A stretch of DNA of 64,000 bases. It comes from the human T2T-CHM13v2.0 reference genome, Homo sapiens. How positions within the stretch are numbered: the first letter of the stretch is position 1; each line of letters starts with the position of its first letter. The translations under genes were made by a program, and so were the position numbers. Positions 38,201 through 51,851 of this stretch are shown here, in pieces. The DNA is taken from the NCBI RefSeq assembly GCF_009914755.1, contig NC_060929.1. One strand, given 5' to 3'. The notes under the pieces are model-generated. The model made no database searches, was not told the DNA's origin, and saw nothing but the letters and a program-made list of their open reading frames with translations.

Positions 38201-40124
38201 CCACAGTCTCACCCACAGCTCTACCTACCCCTCATATTGAGGGAAGCCATGGAAACTATGGCGTGGTTTCTATGTGGGGAAAACCTGCTTTATTATGTTG
38301 TATTCAGAATTTTTGAAAATTCTGTTAGTGATTATTATTACTGATTTTTCCATTGTTATAGTTATCATTGTTGTTAACATGGTCAGAATTCCATTATGGA
38401 ATCAGATTATTTATTTAAATATTTATTCATGTCAAATTTTATGTCTCATTTCCTTGGGGCACTACTGCTAGGCTTCAGGACAAGTCATATTCTAATTTGT
38501 CTTCTATAAAGACTCCTTTGGGTTCTGCTTCTCAGACAACCACTTCTCCAGTGAGTTGTTCTGTTTTTCTCCATCTCTTTACCTCCATGTTACCCCAAAT
38601 GACAGAAAAGAAAAAGAACAACTCTCACTACTAGTAAGATCCACCCCAAGCCTACTCTCACACAAAATATTTTAATTTAGGGCCCAGGGAGCCACACCCA
38701 ATACACAGGGCTACGAAGCTGTCCAAGATTCACTGCAAGTGTCCGGGATGAGAACAGCAGTCATATTTTCTGGTATCCGGTATTCCGTAATGTCAGGGCA
38801 AGCTTTGCAATAGCAGAGAGGTGGCTGTGGAACAGGGGCGAGGGACAGGTTGCTAAAGGAAATTGGCAGGTAGATGAATGAGATAAACCACAAGGTTTTC
38901 CCACATCTGTCTCTCAGCCAGCCTCCAGGAGTGGTTTCTGCATGGAATGTAATCAGGAGGAAGAATCCAGATAGGTGCCTGGACCTTCTAGCAGCTTTTC
39001 ATCAATGTTTTCCCATTTTAGGGGTGGCAAGCTCATAATTACCTGTCTTCAGCTTTCTGCTAGTATTCAGGGCAGGGCAGCAGGAAAATTGATTGAAGGA
39101 TGTGAAACACGGTGTCCTATTTCAAACATGGATTATCCTAATACAACACAGACACTGTAAGGGAAAAAAATTGTATTTTTTTTTTTAAAGAAGACTATTT
39201 GTCGCGGAAACTGATTTTTAACAACTGTGGAAGGGATCTTCCAAAGCCTGTATGGACTTTCTTTGCAGGAAATGACACCAGTTCAGGTTGGAGAGGACTG
39301 ACAGCAGCCTTTCCAAAGGGCCTTCATCCTATTCAGGTCCTCTCAGGGTGTCTTAGAGAGACATGGAGGCAGCATGGCTGGTTTTCCTTTCCCCATGGCA
39401 GACACCAAGGCAAAGGCAGGAGTGAATACAATTTCTCTATCTTTCATTCAAATGGAAGAATCATCAGGCATGAAAAAGGCCTCCAGGTTCAAAGTGATGA
39501 GAAGGTAGATCTTTCATGGAATTTTCTTTTATTTTCTAAGATCTAAAACAAAACAAAACAGAACAAAACACAAACCTGGCCATAAACAATGGTCTGATAC
39601 AAGCAGGGACATCGAGATCATTTCCAAACAAGGTCTCCCTTCCCCTTCTCCTGTTCAGTTGTTTACCCCCCTCCAGTACATCCCGCCCCTTCTCCTCCGG
39701 CCTCTTGTCCACGAGCTCACCCTCCCACATGGGGGTCCATTGTTGTGGGTCCTGGACCTGCAGAGGCTGCTCTAACTCCAGTTACACCCTGAGCAGCTCC
39801 ACCCACGCCTGGCTCACTGAAGACACAGGCTGAGCCTCTGTTCCCTAACTTGTAGCTGTTTGCAGCACTGTCTTTGTTCCTTTCTGCGTCCTCTGCTCTC
39901 TCATCTCTTGCTCTCTGGACTAAAACTTGGACCTGCCTCATTCCCATGTTCTCCTGTGATTTTTTAGTTTCCTCCTGGGAGAGATGCCTAAACAAGCTTT
40001 GTGGATAAGGAGCAGTGAGCTGCCTTTGAGGGTATGTGGGTCATTGACTGAATTACCTACTGCAGAGGAGGTCCCCCTGCCAGCAGCCTTCATGGTCCCT
40101 GCGGTGAGAGAGTCTTGATTTTCT

Positions 40125-40255
40125 GGCCCCACTAGACTGTGAGCTCCTTGAGGACAAGGGGTGAAGGTGATGGATTTTGAAGCCCTAGCCAGTGCCCTGC
40201 ATATCGTAAGCACTCAAACACTATTTGCTAAATGGCTGAATTATTGAAAAATAAA
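40125..40255 (+). mobile_element. L2 3' end
   Basis: cccactagactgtgagctccttgaggacaaggg..cctagccagtgccctgcata..gcactcaaacactatttg. Confidence 0.7.
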
Positions 40256-41273
40256 TATCCGGCAGCAGTGGCTTTGAGGTTGGTGATGCAGGTCTTGAAA
40301 GTGCTGAAATTTTAGCTAAGATTTCAGAATTGTTCAAAGACCTCATGCTTTTTAGATGAGCTTCCTCATGACCCGTGTTCCCCTGCAGTCCCTCCCAGGA
40401 ATCATCAGCTGAAGTCATCTGTCCCCTCTCCCCACATGCTGTGTGGCAGTGGGTTGGATAACAAAGTTTGGTGGACTGTCTCCTGGATGAGAATCTTGTC
40501 TCTACCATCAGCAGGTGCATGTGGTTGGACAAACTGTTTAAACTCACTAAGCCTCCATGGCAAGATGTAAAAATACGTGATATAAAACGGAGACCGTGAG
40601 AAGACCTAACAAGATAAAGCAGTTACAGCTGACACATAGTAAGTGCTCCAATGTTGAATATTAGCTGATTTTTTATTTTTGTTATTATTAGTAGTAGTAG
40701 TAGTAGCGTTCACCCCTCCACCCCATTATAGCATAGTACATCTTATTCTTATTAATGTAGCATTGAGTCACTGAAAGTGAAGGGTGAACTTTGAGAGGGT
40801 CTGCTCCCTTGTCCAGCCTTAATCTCCCATGAGCTAACTATAAAATTAAGCAACTCAGACTTGCAGAGGAAAGCTCTGCCCTGAAGAGCCTGGGTCACTC
40901 CCTAGCATCATCTGCTTCCTGCTTATCTCTTCACCTTCACCATCACCTCTATTTTAGTGGACGGTGCCATCTACTTCAAGGGGAAAATTATTCAGCTCTT
41001 TCTCAGAGAGATGCGAGCAGCCACAGGATGACCTTGTAGCATTTCATGTCGTCCCCTTCTCCTTCCTTCAAAAAGGGAAAACCCTTTCTCGTCCTTTTTC
41101 CTTCCTCCCGCTAGCTCATGCTTACCTCCAGAAATCAATGCCACACTGTTCCTCTCAGGCTGCCCCGCCGATCCCAGGCTAGACTGCTTGCCCTCCATCA
41201 ACCTCAGACCTCTCCCAATTCCACCTCAGCAAACACCTGTCAAGCTGGCTCATCTCCCAACTATTGGAAATAA

Positions 41274-41590
<317 letters not shown>

Positions 41591-42334
41591 CATAAGCATC
41601 TATTATGTGTGAGGGCATATCCCACTTTATCTCCTTTCATTCTACAATTAATTAACTGATTAAGGTGTTACTATCCCCTCTACCGTTCACCATTTGAGAA
41701 CTGAGAGCTCTATGAATATATTTACACAGCTAGGAGAAACAGGGACAGGTCTGAGCCCAGCTTAAATGACTCTAAAGATTTTTGATGGTGCACTATCAAC
41801 CATGAGCTCTGGAAAGTGGGAGACATTGTGTTATTTTTATTGCAAGTACCTAGCCCAGTGCTCAGCATAGAGCCTGTGGTAAGGCAAGCTGTTAAATACA
41901 TCTTTCCTCTGTTCAGGTGCTCACTCAATATCTGTGGAATAAATAGGTGAAGTCAGCAACGTAGGATTACTCATCTCTGTCAATCGCCTGGTACCTGTAA
42001 ATACAGTAAGAATGACCCCTAGGCGATGGTTAAACTGAACTGACATGAAATCTGAGAAGAGGTTTAGAAGCTGGAAATTATTTTAGAAACGCAAAAAGCC
42101 TGCTGAGGATTTTTAGAGTCCCCTTGTTTTAAGGAAGCAATGGGAATAAAAGGCTGACCTGCCATAGATGGGCAGGTCAAAGTGAACCTTTCTGTGGCTA
42201 ACAGAACCCAGACTCAGGACATTTTAGAAAAAAGGATTAATGAGAGTTTACAGTGTAGAACTGTGGGTGGTACCAAGCATGCCGTGAGCTGCCAGCAAAC
42301 CGCAATTTGCCCTGACTCATTTAAGATAACTGTG

Positions 42335-42823
42335 CTGAGGATGAGTCCTATTTGTCCCCTGAAATTTCTCTCCACCCCCACAACCCCCTCTGTGCCTTCT
42401 AGTATCGCCTCCAGAAAGTGCATCAAATGGGTTCTCTTGTCCCGTGGCTTCGAGGTGGTAGCCTGTCAATGGGTGGAGGTGGCTGGAGGTGGTGGAGAGT
42501 GGGTGAGGTGTGCACCTGTTCCGCTCACCTTCCCGGCAGTGCAGGGTAGCAATCAGTCAGTTCTTCATGGAGCATGGCTGCTGTCTGGAGGCTTTCTCCT
42601 GCAACTGAAGATCTCTGAAGGTTCCAGTAATAGCTACCTCCCCTGTCCTTCAGACCTAGGGATGGTGACAGATTCCAGGTGTTGCTGGTCCTGGGAGGCA
42701 ACCCTTAAGCCCTCAGCTTTTCTTACCCCTGCTCCATCTTGTAAATAAATGGCCCTTCATTGAGCTCCCTTTGCTCATGGTTTGAAGAGTGCCATCTGCT
42801 TCTTGCAGACCCTCACTAATGCA
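42335..42823 (+). mobile_element. LTR33-like ERVL solo LTR
   Basis: ccctgtccttcagacctagggatggtgacag..tgtaaataaatggcccttcatt..tttgaagagtgccatctgcttcttgc..actaatgca. Confidence 0.65.
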
Positions 42824-43829
42824 GAACTGATAGGACCCCAAGATCTTGGCAGCTTAACTCAAGACAAGCGCATTCTCCCTCTTGTGAAGTCCAACCAGGT
42901 AGTTCTGTGAGCTGGTACCCAGACCCCTTTTTTTTACTTGTGGCTCTCAGCTTCTTGAGGCATCTAGGAATGGGAATTGTATAAGCCAGTCCTGGAAGTG
43001 GCATCCATCACTTTCTAGAGTTTTGTTTGCCAGGACGTGGTCACCTGGCCTCATCTAAATTCAGAGGACACTGGTCTAGACACTGTCCTGAAGAAAAGGA
43101 GATGGGCTTGAGGGAAAACCAGACAATCTCTGCCACACCGTTTAAAACTATTATCAGTGCAGAAAAAAGTATTTTTGCTCCAGTGCATAATATGTTCTAT
43201 CATGGCAATGTCTGCATCCTGCGCTGATGGGTCCTGGGATGTGGCACAGAGTAGGTGTAGCCTGTTGGGCACCTGTGAAAGGTGGCACAGAATCATGTCA
43301 AGCCAGTGGCAAAGATGTTATGATTACTGAAACACTGAACAACTTACTTTTTTGAGACTGTAGGAAAACATGTAGGAAGGTAAAGAGCTCTACTCAAAGA
43401 GCACCTTCGTGCTGGAGAACTCCCAAGGGGACCCTAGTGTGACGGGGGATGAGATGCTTCTGCAGAGAGCTGGAAGGGTGCTTGACTGTAGAAGTGACTT
43501 GTATATTTTTCTGCTTTTTAGTGTTTTAATCCTACAAGAGTGACAATAAAAATCCTATAGTGTGAAACTCTGGCACTAAGCTGAGAGAACTAGAAAGAAA
43601 ATTTGGAAAACCTAGATGAAATACACCATTTGGGACACAACTTAGAGAGTCTTTAGAGGAGAGTGGTTTGGTGGTTTTATGTTAAGTGAATTTTCATTAC
43701 ATTTCAGAGCTGGAAGAATCCCATGATCTGCATGTAAGAAAGCTCCAACCAGCTCTGCGAGTCAGTGATTTGCCTGTCATGCCTGGCAGCGAATGAATGA
43801 GCAGAGGAAAGACAAGATGCAAGTTTCAC

Positions 43830-44022
43830 TAATTTTCCCAGGTATCTCCTGGGCACTAACTCCCATTTCCCACCAGGGTAGCTAGTTTGACGATGAGCAC
43901 TTTGTTGACTGCCTTCCCTTTTCTCTCCCACTTCCCCAGTTCCAGCCAGTGATTCCTGCTCTTCCCAAATATACTCCCTGAATTCTTGGCTCAAGTCCTG
44001 CCTCAGGAACTCAAAATAAATA
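43830..44022 (+). mobile_element. Old ERVL LTR 3' fragment (LTR16-like)
   Basis: ttgactgccttccc..ctcttcccaaatatactcc..ggctcaagtcctgcctcaggaactcaaa. Confidence 0.45.
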
Positions 44023-44765
44023 ATTCATGAACAATATTTGGACTACTTTAAGCACAATAACTGTTACCAGCAACATTCATTTAAGTGGCAATCATGTATT
44101 TTTCCTTATTACCTTACAACTCTTTTTTGGTTATAGTATTTATTTCCAAGTATGTCTGTGTGTGCGTTTAGCTCAACAACTCCTTTTTCTTTAGTAATTC
44201 CTACAATGGGCACTGAATCAATACTTGCCCAAGTAAAGAAAAACTGAATTGAAAAGACCCAATGAATGACAAGCAGAAGTATGGGGATCTCTGTTTGAGC
44301 CATTGTTCAAGGAAATGGCAGAGTAAGAAGGGAAGAAAAATGAAAGGTTGCTTTTCTAAAAGGAGAAGTAGAAGCTGGGAGATGATATTAATAAATCTAG
44401 CAGAGAGAACTAGATGCACAGGGCTAAAATAAATAATAAATAAATAAATAAATAAGTAAATAAATAACTGAAGGAGAAAGCAGGAGGGCGCCCCGCTGAA
44501 CAGTAGAGGGTAAGCCAGTGCAGAGTTCTGAGCAGTTTCAGTTTTGCGTTGTTCCAGCACCAATGGCCCCAGCACCCAGGGAGGAAGTAGTCATTTCAAT
44601 TCCACAGAAAGCAAGCATCCCTGAGGACTCCCCTCCCCAATCAGTGAGCGGAGACCCTCAGGGCAGGGATCTGGAACCATCAAAAGTCCATGTTAGGGAG
44701 ACTTCCTAGAACTAGGTAAGTGTCCTTGGTAGGCGGAAACAGGAACAAAGACAATTAAAAGCCCA

Positions 44766-45075
<310 letters not shown>

Positions 45076-45513
45076 TCATTTCAGACACCTCAAGTTAAAA
45101 TGAAATCTCATTTTCCATGTGATATCATGAGATAGTTAACAGGTTAGGATATCCACCTATTAGGAGGCACACCTGCCATCCTGCATCTAGACCTTGTGGC
45201 CATAGCAGCCCAGCGGTTTGACCTGAGATAGTTCCTTGCTGCAACCTGGTCTCGGTTCCACACCCTTCTCCTCAACACCTACCCTCAGCCTCTTGTGCTC
45301 AATGATCTCTTTCTATGTTCATTGTACCAGAATGCACCCCGAGGAAAGGGTCTGTTACTGTCATTTGTACTGACACGTTATTGTAAAGGCAAGGCATTAC
45401 CCTTCCAGGGCCGCAGGGTAGAGCCTTACTGGAGAGGAAGGACCCAGGCACTGACTGCTATAGAGTGCTGGGGTGGGATCTGCCTTGCGCTTCCCCTCCA
45501 ACCCAGCCCTGGG

Positions 45514-45941
45514 CTGGTTAGGCACTGCTCCCAGGTTCCCCAGACCCTGTGTTCACCTCTGTGACAGCTCTGAGGACAGCAGGTGTAACTGTCCACTGCC
45601 CTAGCTGCATATTCCTCTAGAATGTGGGCACCTGGAGGGCACAGGCTTATTTTTGTAATAAATTTTTGTGTTCTAATGCTTAGCGTGAGGCTTGGTGCTC
45701 AGTAAAAGCAGAGTGAGGAGTGAGTGAGTGAGTGAGTGCGTGAGTGAGTGAGTGAGGAGTGAGTGAGTGAGTGAGTGAGTGCGTGAGTGAGTGAGTGAGT
45801 GCGTGAGTGCGTGAGTGAGTGAGTGAGTGAGTGCGTGAGTGAGTGAGTGAGTGAGTGAGGAGTGAGTGAGTGAGTGCGTGAGTGAGTGAGTGAGTGAGTG
45901 AGTGCGTGAGTGAGTGAGTGAGTGAGTGAGTGCATGGTTAC
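45514..45941 (+). repeat. Copy 1 of a local direct duplication, including an L2 3' end
   Basis: Aligns by eye to 46815-47033 at an offset of 1301 nt at the left end. Confidence 0.9.
45711..45932. repeat. (TGAG)n tetranucleotide array with TGCG and GAG variant units
   Basis: Read directly from the sequence; ~220 nt. Confidence 0.97.
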
Positions 45942-46814
45942 ATTGAACATCCACAGGCTCAAACCAAGGATGAAGGGACCTGCACAGCCTTCATCTGTCT
46001 CCATGTTCTTCTTTGATCCTTGAGATTTTAAAGGTCCTTAACCCGTCACGCTGAATCTATTTGTCTATTTGGTTGTCTATTTTTGAACTCCTTCCATGTG
46101 TATCCTTGTTCTCAGTCAATTCTTCTCTCACCAACTCCCAGCAACTGGAGTGACTTTTGAGACACTTTCCTGTTTCTGATATTTCTGGACTTCAGTGGAC
46201 ATGTCCAGAGACACAAAGAATGATCTTCAACAGGCCTCATTTTGATCTTGATTTCTTTGGACAGAGTTTAACAGTGTCTCAGTACTGCCTTTAAAATTTA
46301 ATAAAACCCTAGATCTTGGCTATTAGATCGCTAATTAACTGACCTTCTGTTACCTGCTGCTAAAATCTTCTGTTAAATACAATTAAAGTTATTCACTTCC
46401 AACATGGGAACCCGCTGTGCCACCCTTTACTCTCAGTGGCCTCTCTCCCATCTGCATGTCTTGTACATCTCTGCACAGGCTTCGCAACAGACTTGCTCCT
46501 CCCCTTTTCCAAGATTCAAAAACAGACCAAACTGACTCCACTAGAGTCACTGAAATCCTTCTATGCTCTATCCTCAATTACTTTGAACCACTCTTAGACC
46601 CATCCTTCGTCTTTCCCTCCTTCAGAGTTTCTGTCTTCAGGGGACACAGGAAGGTTTGTTTCCTTTCCCTTACCAGGCTTGCCCATCCTGTTTTCTGGAG
46701 ATGCAACTCCCTCCAGCAAAAAAGCTCAGCTTTACTCTTTGCGGCCTTTTCCACATGGATTTCCAGAGTTATCTGCACCTGCAGTGCTGAAGGTGAGCAG
46801 GAAGAGATGACAAT

Positions 46815-47033
46815 CTGGTTAGGCACTGCTCCCAGGCCCCCAGACCCTGCGTTCACCTCTGTGACAGGTCGGAGGACAGCAGGTATAACTGTCCACTGCC
46901 CTGTCTGTGTATTCCTCTAGAATGTGAGCACCTGGAGGGGATGGGCTTATTTTTGTAATAAATCTTTGTATTATGCAAGGATTGGTGCTCAGTAAAAACA
47001 GAGCATGTGAGTGAGTGAGTGATACACGGTTAC
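46815..47033 (+). repeat. Copy 2 of the local direct duplication
   Basis: ctggttaggcactgctcccagg..gttcacctctgtgacag..ttcctctagaatgtg..ggcttatttttgtaataaat..tggtgctcagtaaaa is shared with copy 1. Confidence 0.9.
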
Positions 47034-47444
47034 CTCCATCTGCCCGAGGGCCCTTAGAGATATTGCCAAGCATGTCTGTCCACTCAAAATGCAAGAATAT
47101 TCCCATTGCCCAGAAAATCTGAGAGCCTTTGAGAACAGGAAAAACACAAGTAGATTCTATTCATTTCAAGAATAAAGAATCAGCTGTCCAGGACAGCATA
47201 GTAACATCTGGATTCTCATTAGCTCCTCACTGGGACATGTCCTAATTTCAGAAGAACACAGTGCAAATGTGTGTCTGTCTTTGGGATCTTCTACCTTGGA
47301 GAAGACAAATTTATGAGGATGGACTGGCCTTCTTCAAACTATCTCCCTGAACTCTGTCTCTCCCACGGAGCTGAAGGCCAAGAAGCTAACCTGAAAGAAG
47401 CGAAGAAGTGGCTCATCTTTCCTTTGAAAAGAAAGCCATAACTT

Positions 47445-47478
47445 GTGTGATGTGTGTGATGTGTGTGTGTGTGTGTGT
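47445..47478. repeat. (TG)n microsatellite
   Basis: Read directly from the sequence. Confidence 0.9.
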
Positions 47479-48039
47479 TTTGGGGGGGTCATGGGGTGAG
47501 ATGGTGAAAATTACTACTAATCCCACAGAGTATGAATTGTGTCACATCACTCTCTAGAAGGAGCTAAAGACATAACTTAAGAGCCATGAGGAGAAATCCT
47601 TTGAGCCTGACTTGAGAGTGAGGATATAGAATGTTCATCCCAAACGCCATTTACCAGCCCTGAGAGAGTCCTCCTCGGTAGTTGGGGTGCTGCTAACAAA
47701 GGAGGTTCCCCGAGGCATTTCTGTGGTTTACCGAATTTAAGATGTTTTATATTTTATGCCCTTAAAGAACTTTTTGATTTTTAAAAACTTGTCATTTCTG
47801 AAACTTATTTCAGCATAGAACCATCCCTCACCCCCACTGTTGTTTTTCATGTGTTTTCCATTTCAAATGTGGGTCACATGCTGGGGAGGGTAGTCTAGTC
47901 TTCCTGCGACAGAGCCGTCCTAGAAAGCATTGTCTTCTGCTTCAACAGTTCCTGCACAGCTGCCAGGCCCTTCTAAGAACTCTACCCTCCTTAGTTCATC
48001 TTCCTTATTCTAGCCAACTTTGGGCTTAATTAATATTTC

Positions 48040-48300
48040 TGTTTCCCCAGGCCAACTTCTTCTCTTCTTGCTCAGTGATCTCATCCACTCAAATGGCTTA
48101 CACCACTCACCTTCCTTCTGATTTCTAATAAATTGTTTTCTCCAACCCAGACTTGTCTCCTGAGCTTAGAGTCCGTACATTGAAGAGGCTCTTGAATATC
48201 TGTGTAGGTACCTCAAGCTCAGTATTGCCCCTTTAAAGCTATGCTTCTTCCATTATTTTCTATATAAGTAATATCAACACTCACCCAGCTACCTACCTTA
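48040..48300 (+). mobile_element. L2 fragment
   Basis: gtgatctcatccactcaaatggctt..ctccaacccagacttgtctcctgagct..tacctcaagctcag. Confidence 0.6.
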
Positions 48301-48573
48301 CTTTAGTGCAAAATATTTCCTAACTTAGTGGGAAATATAAATTGAAGTATTTAGGAGCAAAGATGTGAAATGTCTAGAACTTACTTCCAGTGACTTAAAA
48401 TAAACGTATAGACAGATAAACAGATGGATACGTGGAAAACAAAGGAAGAGGGTCTCATGGAAACAGCGAGTGAATCTGGGTTAAAGATTTGTGGTAGTTC
48501 TTTATTCTCTTCCTGAAACTTTTCTCTATAAAATTTTGTCAAAACAAAATTTTATTAAAAAATTGAACCTAGT

Positions 48574-48982
<409 letters not shown>

Positions 48983-49749
48983 CTAAAGATAGGATGGAAT
49001 AAACAAACATATCAAAATCAAAGTATATTACTATATTATAATCTTCTGTTTCTGATTATATGTGGCCTAATCAGTCTGCAATAACGTTGCAACATTTTTA
49101 GAAATAAAAAAAATTCTCTTGAACGTATAGCTAGACTAACAACATTATGAGAACTCTCTAAATTTCTTGCAGAAAAGGCTGAACAAGGAGTGATAGAATT
49201 GGGATTGTGCCTGCCATAGGGATGCTTTCTGACCTTAGTAACCATCGATATTTGTTATTGTCATGTGGAAACCAGATGTGCATTGCGTCCCCAGAGGGCA
49301 AGGAGTTGAGCTAAGCCTCCTAAACCAAGGTGGAACCGTGAAAGTTACAGTCTCACTAAAATAAAGGACAAGAAAGATAAAATACACATGTGTCAAAGAG
49401 AGATAACAGAGAAGTTAACAGAAACTTAGAATCTAGGATGAAATAAATGTGTCCTGAGAATGTATAACCAGTGGCTGCTCACTCATGGATTTATGATTTG
49501 AGCTTATATTTTCATAAACTAGAAGCCATCAAGGCAAGAAGTAGAGAAGTTTCTAGTCTGTCATAATATTGGGGGACATTACAAAGGCAAATACAAATTC
49601 TCTGGGAAAGAAAAACACTATTAATCTAGTACTTGCATTGATATGTTTCTACCAAATAAAAGTGCAAAATTCAGAACTGCAAAACATAGCAGGCAAAAAC
49701 CATTCCAAATTAGCAGAAAAAAAACTCCTAAAATATAATATAATTAGCA

Positions 49750-49864
49750 ATATGATATGGATGTGTGTCTCCTCCAAATTTCATGTGGAAATGTAATCCT
49801 CTGTGTTGGAGGTGGGGCCTGGTGGGAGGTGTTTTGATCATGGGGGCAGACCCCTCATGAATGG
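49750..49864 (+). mobile_element. MSTB LTR 5' fragment, interrupted by THE1B
   Basis: tgtctcctccaaatttcatgtggaaatgtaatcc..ggaggtggggcctggtgggaggtg..atcatgggggcagacccctcatgaatgg. Confidence 0.8.
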
Positions 49865-51851
49865 TGTATTAGTCCATTTTCAAGCCGCTGATAAAGACAT
49901 ACCTGAGACTGGGCAATTTACAAAAGAAAGGGATTTAATTAGACTTACAGTTCTACATGGCTGGGGAAGCCTCACAATCACGGCAGAAGGCAAGGAGGAG
50001 CAAGTCCTGTCTTAAATGAATGGCAGCAGGCAAATAGAATAGAGAATGAGGAAGATGCAAAAGCAGAACCCCCTGATAAAACCATCAAATCTCATGAGGC
50101 TTATTCACTGCCATGAGAACAGTGTGTGGGAAACTGCCCCCATGATTCAGTTATCTCCCACCAGGTCCCTCCCACAACACATGGGAATTGTGGGAATATA
50201 ATTCAAGATGAGATGTGGGTGGGGACACAGAGCCAAACTATATCCTTCTGCCCCTGGCCCCTGCCAAATCTCATGTCCTTACATTTCAAAATCAACCATG
50301 CCTTCCCAACAGTCCTGAAAGTCTTAACTCATTTCAGCATTAACTCAAAAGTCCACAGTCCAAAGTCTCATCTCAGACAAGGCAAGTCCCTTCTGCCTAT
50401 GAGCCTGTAAAATCAAAAGCAAGCTAGTTATTTCCTAGATACAATGGGGGACAGACATTGGGTAAATACAACCATTCCAAATGGGAGAAATTGGCCAAAA
50501 CAAAAGGGCTACAGGTCCCAGGCAAGTCTGAAATCCAGTGGGGCAGTAAAATCTTAAAGCTCCAAAATGATCTCCTTTGACTCCATGTCTCACATCCAGG
50601 TCACGCTGATGCAAAAGGGGAGTTCCCATGGTTTTGGGCAGCTCCGCCCCTGTGGTTTTGCAAGGTACAGCCTTCCTTCTGGCTGCTGCATGGACCGGCA
50701 TTAAGTATCTGTGGCTTTTCCAGGTACATGGTGCAAGCTGTCAGTGGATCTACCATTCTGGGGTCTAGAGGATGGTGGCCCTCTTCTCACAGCTCCACTA
50801 GGCAGTGCCCCAGTAGGGACTATGTGTGAGGACTCCCACCCCATATTTCCCTTCTGCACTGCCCTAGCAGAGGTTCTCCATGAGAGCCCTGCCCCAGCAG
50901 CAAACTTCTGCCTGGACATCCAGGCATTTCCATACATCTTCTGAAATCTAGGCAAAAGTTCCCAAATCTCAGTCTTGACTTCTGTGTGCCCACAGGTTCA
51001 ACACCACGTGGAAGCTACCAAAGCTTGGGGCTTGCACCATCTGAAGCCACAGTTTGAACTCTACGTTGGCCCCTTTCAGCCATGGCTAGTGCAGCTGGGA
51101 CACAGGGCACCAAGTCCCTAGGCTGCACACAGCTTGGGGACTCTGGGCATGGCCCATGAAACCACTTTTTCCTCCTAGGCCTCCAGGCCTGTGATGAGAG
51201 GGTTGCCATGAAGACCTCTGACATGCACTGGAGACATTGTCCCCATTATCTTGGGGATTAACAATGGGCTCCTCCTTACTTATGCAAATTTCTGCAGTCA
51301 GCTTGAATTTCTCCTCAGAAAATGGGTTTTTCTTTTCTATCACATTGTCAGGCTGCAAATTTTCCAAACTTTTTTGCTCTGCTTCCCTTATAAAACTGAA
51401 TGCCGTTACCAGCACCCAAGTCACCTTTTGAATGTTTTGCTATCTAGAAATTTCTTCTGCCAGATACCCTAAATCATCTCAAGTTCAAAGTTCCACAAAT
51501 CTCTAGGGAAGGGGAAAAATGCTGCCAGTCTCTTTGCTAAAAGATAACAAGAGTCACCTTTGCTCCCATTCCCAACAAGTTTCACATCTCCATCTGAGAC
51601 CACCTTAGCATGGACCTCAGCATGGTCCATATCACTATCAGCATTTTTGTCAAAGCCATCCAACAAGTCTCTAAGGAGTTCCAAACTTTCCCACATTTTC
51701 CTGTCTTCTTCTGAGCCCTCCAAACTGTTCCAGCCTCTGCCTGTTACCCATTTCCAAAGCCACTTCCACATTTTTGGGCATCTTTTCATCAATGCCCCAC
51801 TCTACTGGTACCAATTTACTGTATTAGTCCATTTTCACACTGCTGATAAAG
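49865..51851 (-). mobile_element. THE1B MaLR provirus: 3' LTR 49865-50245, THE1-int 50246-51819, remnant of 5' LTR 51820-51851
   Basis: tgtattagtccattttc..gctgataaag occurs at 49865 and 51820; typical THE1-int runs from ttctgcccctggcccc to ctactggtaccaatttac. Confidence 0.92.

Noticed and set aside
42182-42748. Longest ORF in the window (188 aa)
   Set aside because: GTG start, mostly inside an LTR33-like element, and no recognisable domain
45673-46004. THSL-repeat ORFs
   Set aside because: They are translations of the (TGAG)n microsatellite and show no gene structure
46417-46920. 167-aa ORF
   Set aside because: GTG start, runs through pyrimidine-rich L2-like and duplicated sequence, and I recognise no homology
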